A stretch of DNA of 64,000 bases. It comes from Squalus acanthias. Lineage: Eukaryota. Position numbers and translations under genes: made by a program. The notes beneath the pieces are model-generated. The model had not been told where the DNA came from. It ran no database searches and was given only the letters and a program-made list of their open reading frames with translations. Shown here piece after piece: positions 62,649-64,000 of this stretch. Within the stretch, counting starts at the first letter, position 1. Every line of letters starts with the position of its first letter. The stretch spans positions 54,562,001 through 54,626,000 of the forward strand of contig CM059438.1 in assembly GCA_030390025.1 (NCBI GenBank). Reading direction: 5' to 3'.

Positions 62649-62995
62649 CCAAAAATCTATCTATCTCAGCCTTGAATATACTCAAAGACTCAGCATCCAT
62701 AGCCCTCTGGCGCAGAGAATTCCAAAAATTCACAACCCCCAGTGGAGAAATTCCTCCTCATCTCGGTCTTAAATGGCCTACTCCTTAATCCCGAGACTAC
62801 GCCCCCTAGTTCTAGACACTCCAGCCAGTGGAAACAACCTCTCAGCATCTACCCTGTCAATCCCCTTCAGAATCTTGTATGTTTCAATGAGATCACCTCT
62901 CATTCTTCTAAACTCCAGAGAGTATAGGCCCATTCTACACAATCTTTCATCATAGGACAGCCCTCTCATCCCAGGAATCAATCTAGTGAACATTC
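62649..62995 (-). mobile_element. CR1 3' fragment
   Basis: Peptide FTRLIPGMRGLSYDERL...LEFRRMRGDLIETYK. Confidence 0.9.
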
Positions 62996-62999
62996 ATTG

Positions 63000-63840
63000 C
63001 ACCTTCAAAAGGACATAGGAATGGGCAGACACATGGCAGATGAAAAGTGTGAGGTGATACATTTTGGTAGGAAGAATGAGGAGAGACAATACATGCTAAT
63101 TGGTACAATTTTAAAGAGGGTACAAGAAGAGAGACACCTGGGGGTGCTTGTGCAAAATCTTTGGTGGCAGGACAGGTTAACAAAGCAGTTAATAAAGCAT
63201 ATGAGATCCTGGGCTTCATAAATAGAGGCATAGAGTACAAATGCCAGGAATTTATGCTAACCCTATATAAAACACTAGTTCGGCCCCAGCTGGAGTATTG
63301 TGTCCAATTCTGGGCACCACACTTTAGGAAGGACGTGAAGGCTTTGGAGAGATTACAGAAGAGATTTACTCGAAAGGTTCCAGGGATGAGGGATTACAGT
63401 TACGTGGATAGACTGGAGAAGCTGGCATTGTTCTCCTTAGAGCAGAGAAAGCTAAGAGGAGATTTGATAGAGGTGTTTAAAATCATGAAGAGCTTAGATA
63501 GAGTAAATAAAGAAAAACTGTTTCCAATGGCTGAAGGGTCGATAACCAGAGGGCACAGATTTAAGGTGATTGGCAAAAGAAGCAGAGGCAACACGAGGAA
63601 AAACATTTTACACAATGAGTGGTCAGGATTTGGAATGCATTGCCTGATAGGGTGGTGGATACAGATTTAATACTAGCTTTCAAAAGGGAATTGGATAAAT
63701 ACTTGAAGGAGAAAAAAAATTACAGGGATATGGGGAAAGAGTGGGATAGTAGAACAAACTAGATTTCTCTTCGAAAGAGCCGCCGCAGACTCGATAGGCT
63801 GAATGGCCTCCTTCTGTGCTGTATTATTCTATGAACCTAT
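63000..63840 (+). mobile_element. CR1 3' fragment
   Basis: ORF 63161-63670 (LVRPQLEYCVQFW), with tail GAATGGCCTCCTTCTGTGCTGTATTATTCTATG. Confidence 0.92.
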
Positions 63841-63844
63841 GGGA

Positions 63845-64000
63845 TCTGACCAATGCTCTGTACAAATGAAGCATAACTTTCTTCCCTTGGTATTCCAGCC
63901 CCCTTGAGACAAAGGCCAACAATCTATTAGCCTTTTTGATTGCATTTTGTACCTGTCTACTTGCTTTTTAATGATTTGACCATTTGGATGCTCTTTGCTC
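63845..64000 (-). mobile_element. Old CR1 fragment
   Basis: The reverse complement encodes AIKKANRLLAFVSRGLEYQGKKVM. Confidence 0.75.

Overview
Eukaryotic, repeat-dense, intronic DNA, most likely from a cartilaginous fish (inferred from HE1/V-SINE, DeuSINE and CR1 types). The only host coding sequence I can support is one 186-bp minus-strand tetraspanin exon (24393-24578) matching TSPAN15 exon 2, so the window is probably all TSPAN15 intron 1 plus intron 2. The rest is layered transposon debris: many CR1 LINEs (some with esterase ORF1), a second CR1/L2-group LINE family ('family B'), L2, RTE and Vingi-like fragments, SINEs, a decayed two-gene Harbinger element, Harbinger-type and hAT-type MITEs, and a 71-bp minisatellite. 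Removing younger insertions by eye exposes three less ordinary structures. (1) A very old minus-strand DIRS/Ngaro-like gag-RT-RNaseH-tyrosine recombinase relic at about 3.8-21.8 kb appears to contain several short spliceosomal introns. (2) A reconstructable ~3.1-kb single-ORF LINE has a tRNA-derived Pol III head and an in-frame ATG-GGC-TAG-CAA start. (3) A MITE carries a nested cargo of C2H2 zinc-finger sequence plus an NRF1/GC-box promoter-like block. All family assignments come from motif recognition, not database searches.
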